Below, one piece after another: positions 33,702 to 33,743 of a stretch of DNA of 33,743 nucleotides. How positions within the stretch are numbered: the first letter of the stretch is position 1; each line of letters begins with the position of its first letter. The notes under the pieces are model-generated. The model saw only the letters and a program-made list of their open reading frames with translations. It did no database searches and was not told the origin of the DNA. A program made the position numbers and the translations under genes. Source of the stretch: an uncultured Planctomycetia bacterium (GTDB lineage Bacteria > Omnitrophota > Gorgyraeia > Taenaricolales > CAZCCH01); contig CAZCCH010000015.1 in the NCBI GenBank assembly GCA_964497315.1, positions 1 through 33,743 of the forward strand, read 5' to 3'.

Positions 33702-33743
33702 TTAAATTGTGTAAATTCCTTTAAGGGTTTATCCTCCCACTTG

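Overview
This is a 33.7-kb window from an AT-rich, very compact genome of a diderm (outer-membrane-bearing) bacterium. Positions 244-18762 hold about 31 co-directional (+) genes, tightly packed and often overlapping. They are unrelated housekeeping and accessory genes: dtd, an IMPase, nth, a stand-alone LigD phosphoesterase domain, DJ-1/PfpI, a HAD phosphatase, an M48 peptidase, an SPFH/stomatin protein, a Cas4-like nuclease, flavodoxin, a Sir2 deacylase, a cupin, a PlpD-type patatin autotransporter, YjbQ, an HTH-Fic protein, a VIT1-like protein, a permease and acetolactate decarboxylase. The stand-out feature is one uninterrupted 10,080-nt ORF (19034-29113, 3,359 aa). It begins with a Sec-type signal peptide and contains two complete-looking internal twin-arginine (Tat) signal peptides. 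It carries 12 copies of a short [SAGT]-R-F-x-E motif. Its domain-like segments form a mosaic: a NahK/APH-like kinase, two CheD-like Cys/His segments, an HPr-like segment, an HGT/ART-like segment and three HExxH motifs. The ORF is preceded by a leader that aligns by hand to the GEMM-I cyclic-dinucleotide riboswitch core and overlaps an intrinsic terminator. It is followed by a DUF134 DNA-binding protein that has its own strong promoter. The rest of the window holds a tRNA-dihydrouridine synthase (+) and, on the minus strand, a YdjM-like membrane protein, a cold-shock protein and a 581-aa hypothetical protein. I recognised no rRNA, tRNA, CRISPR array, transposase or integrase. All family calls rest on motifs read by eye from the translations, and none was confirmed by a search.
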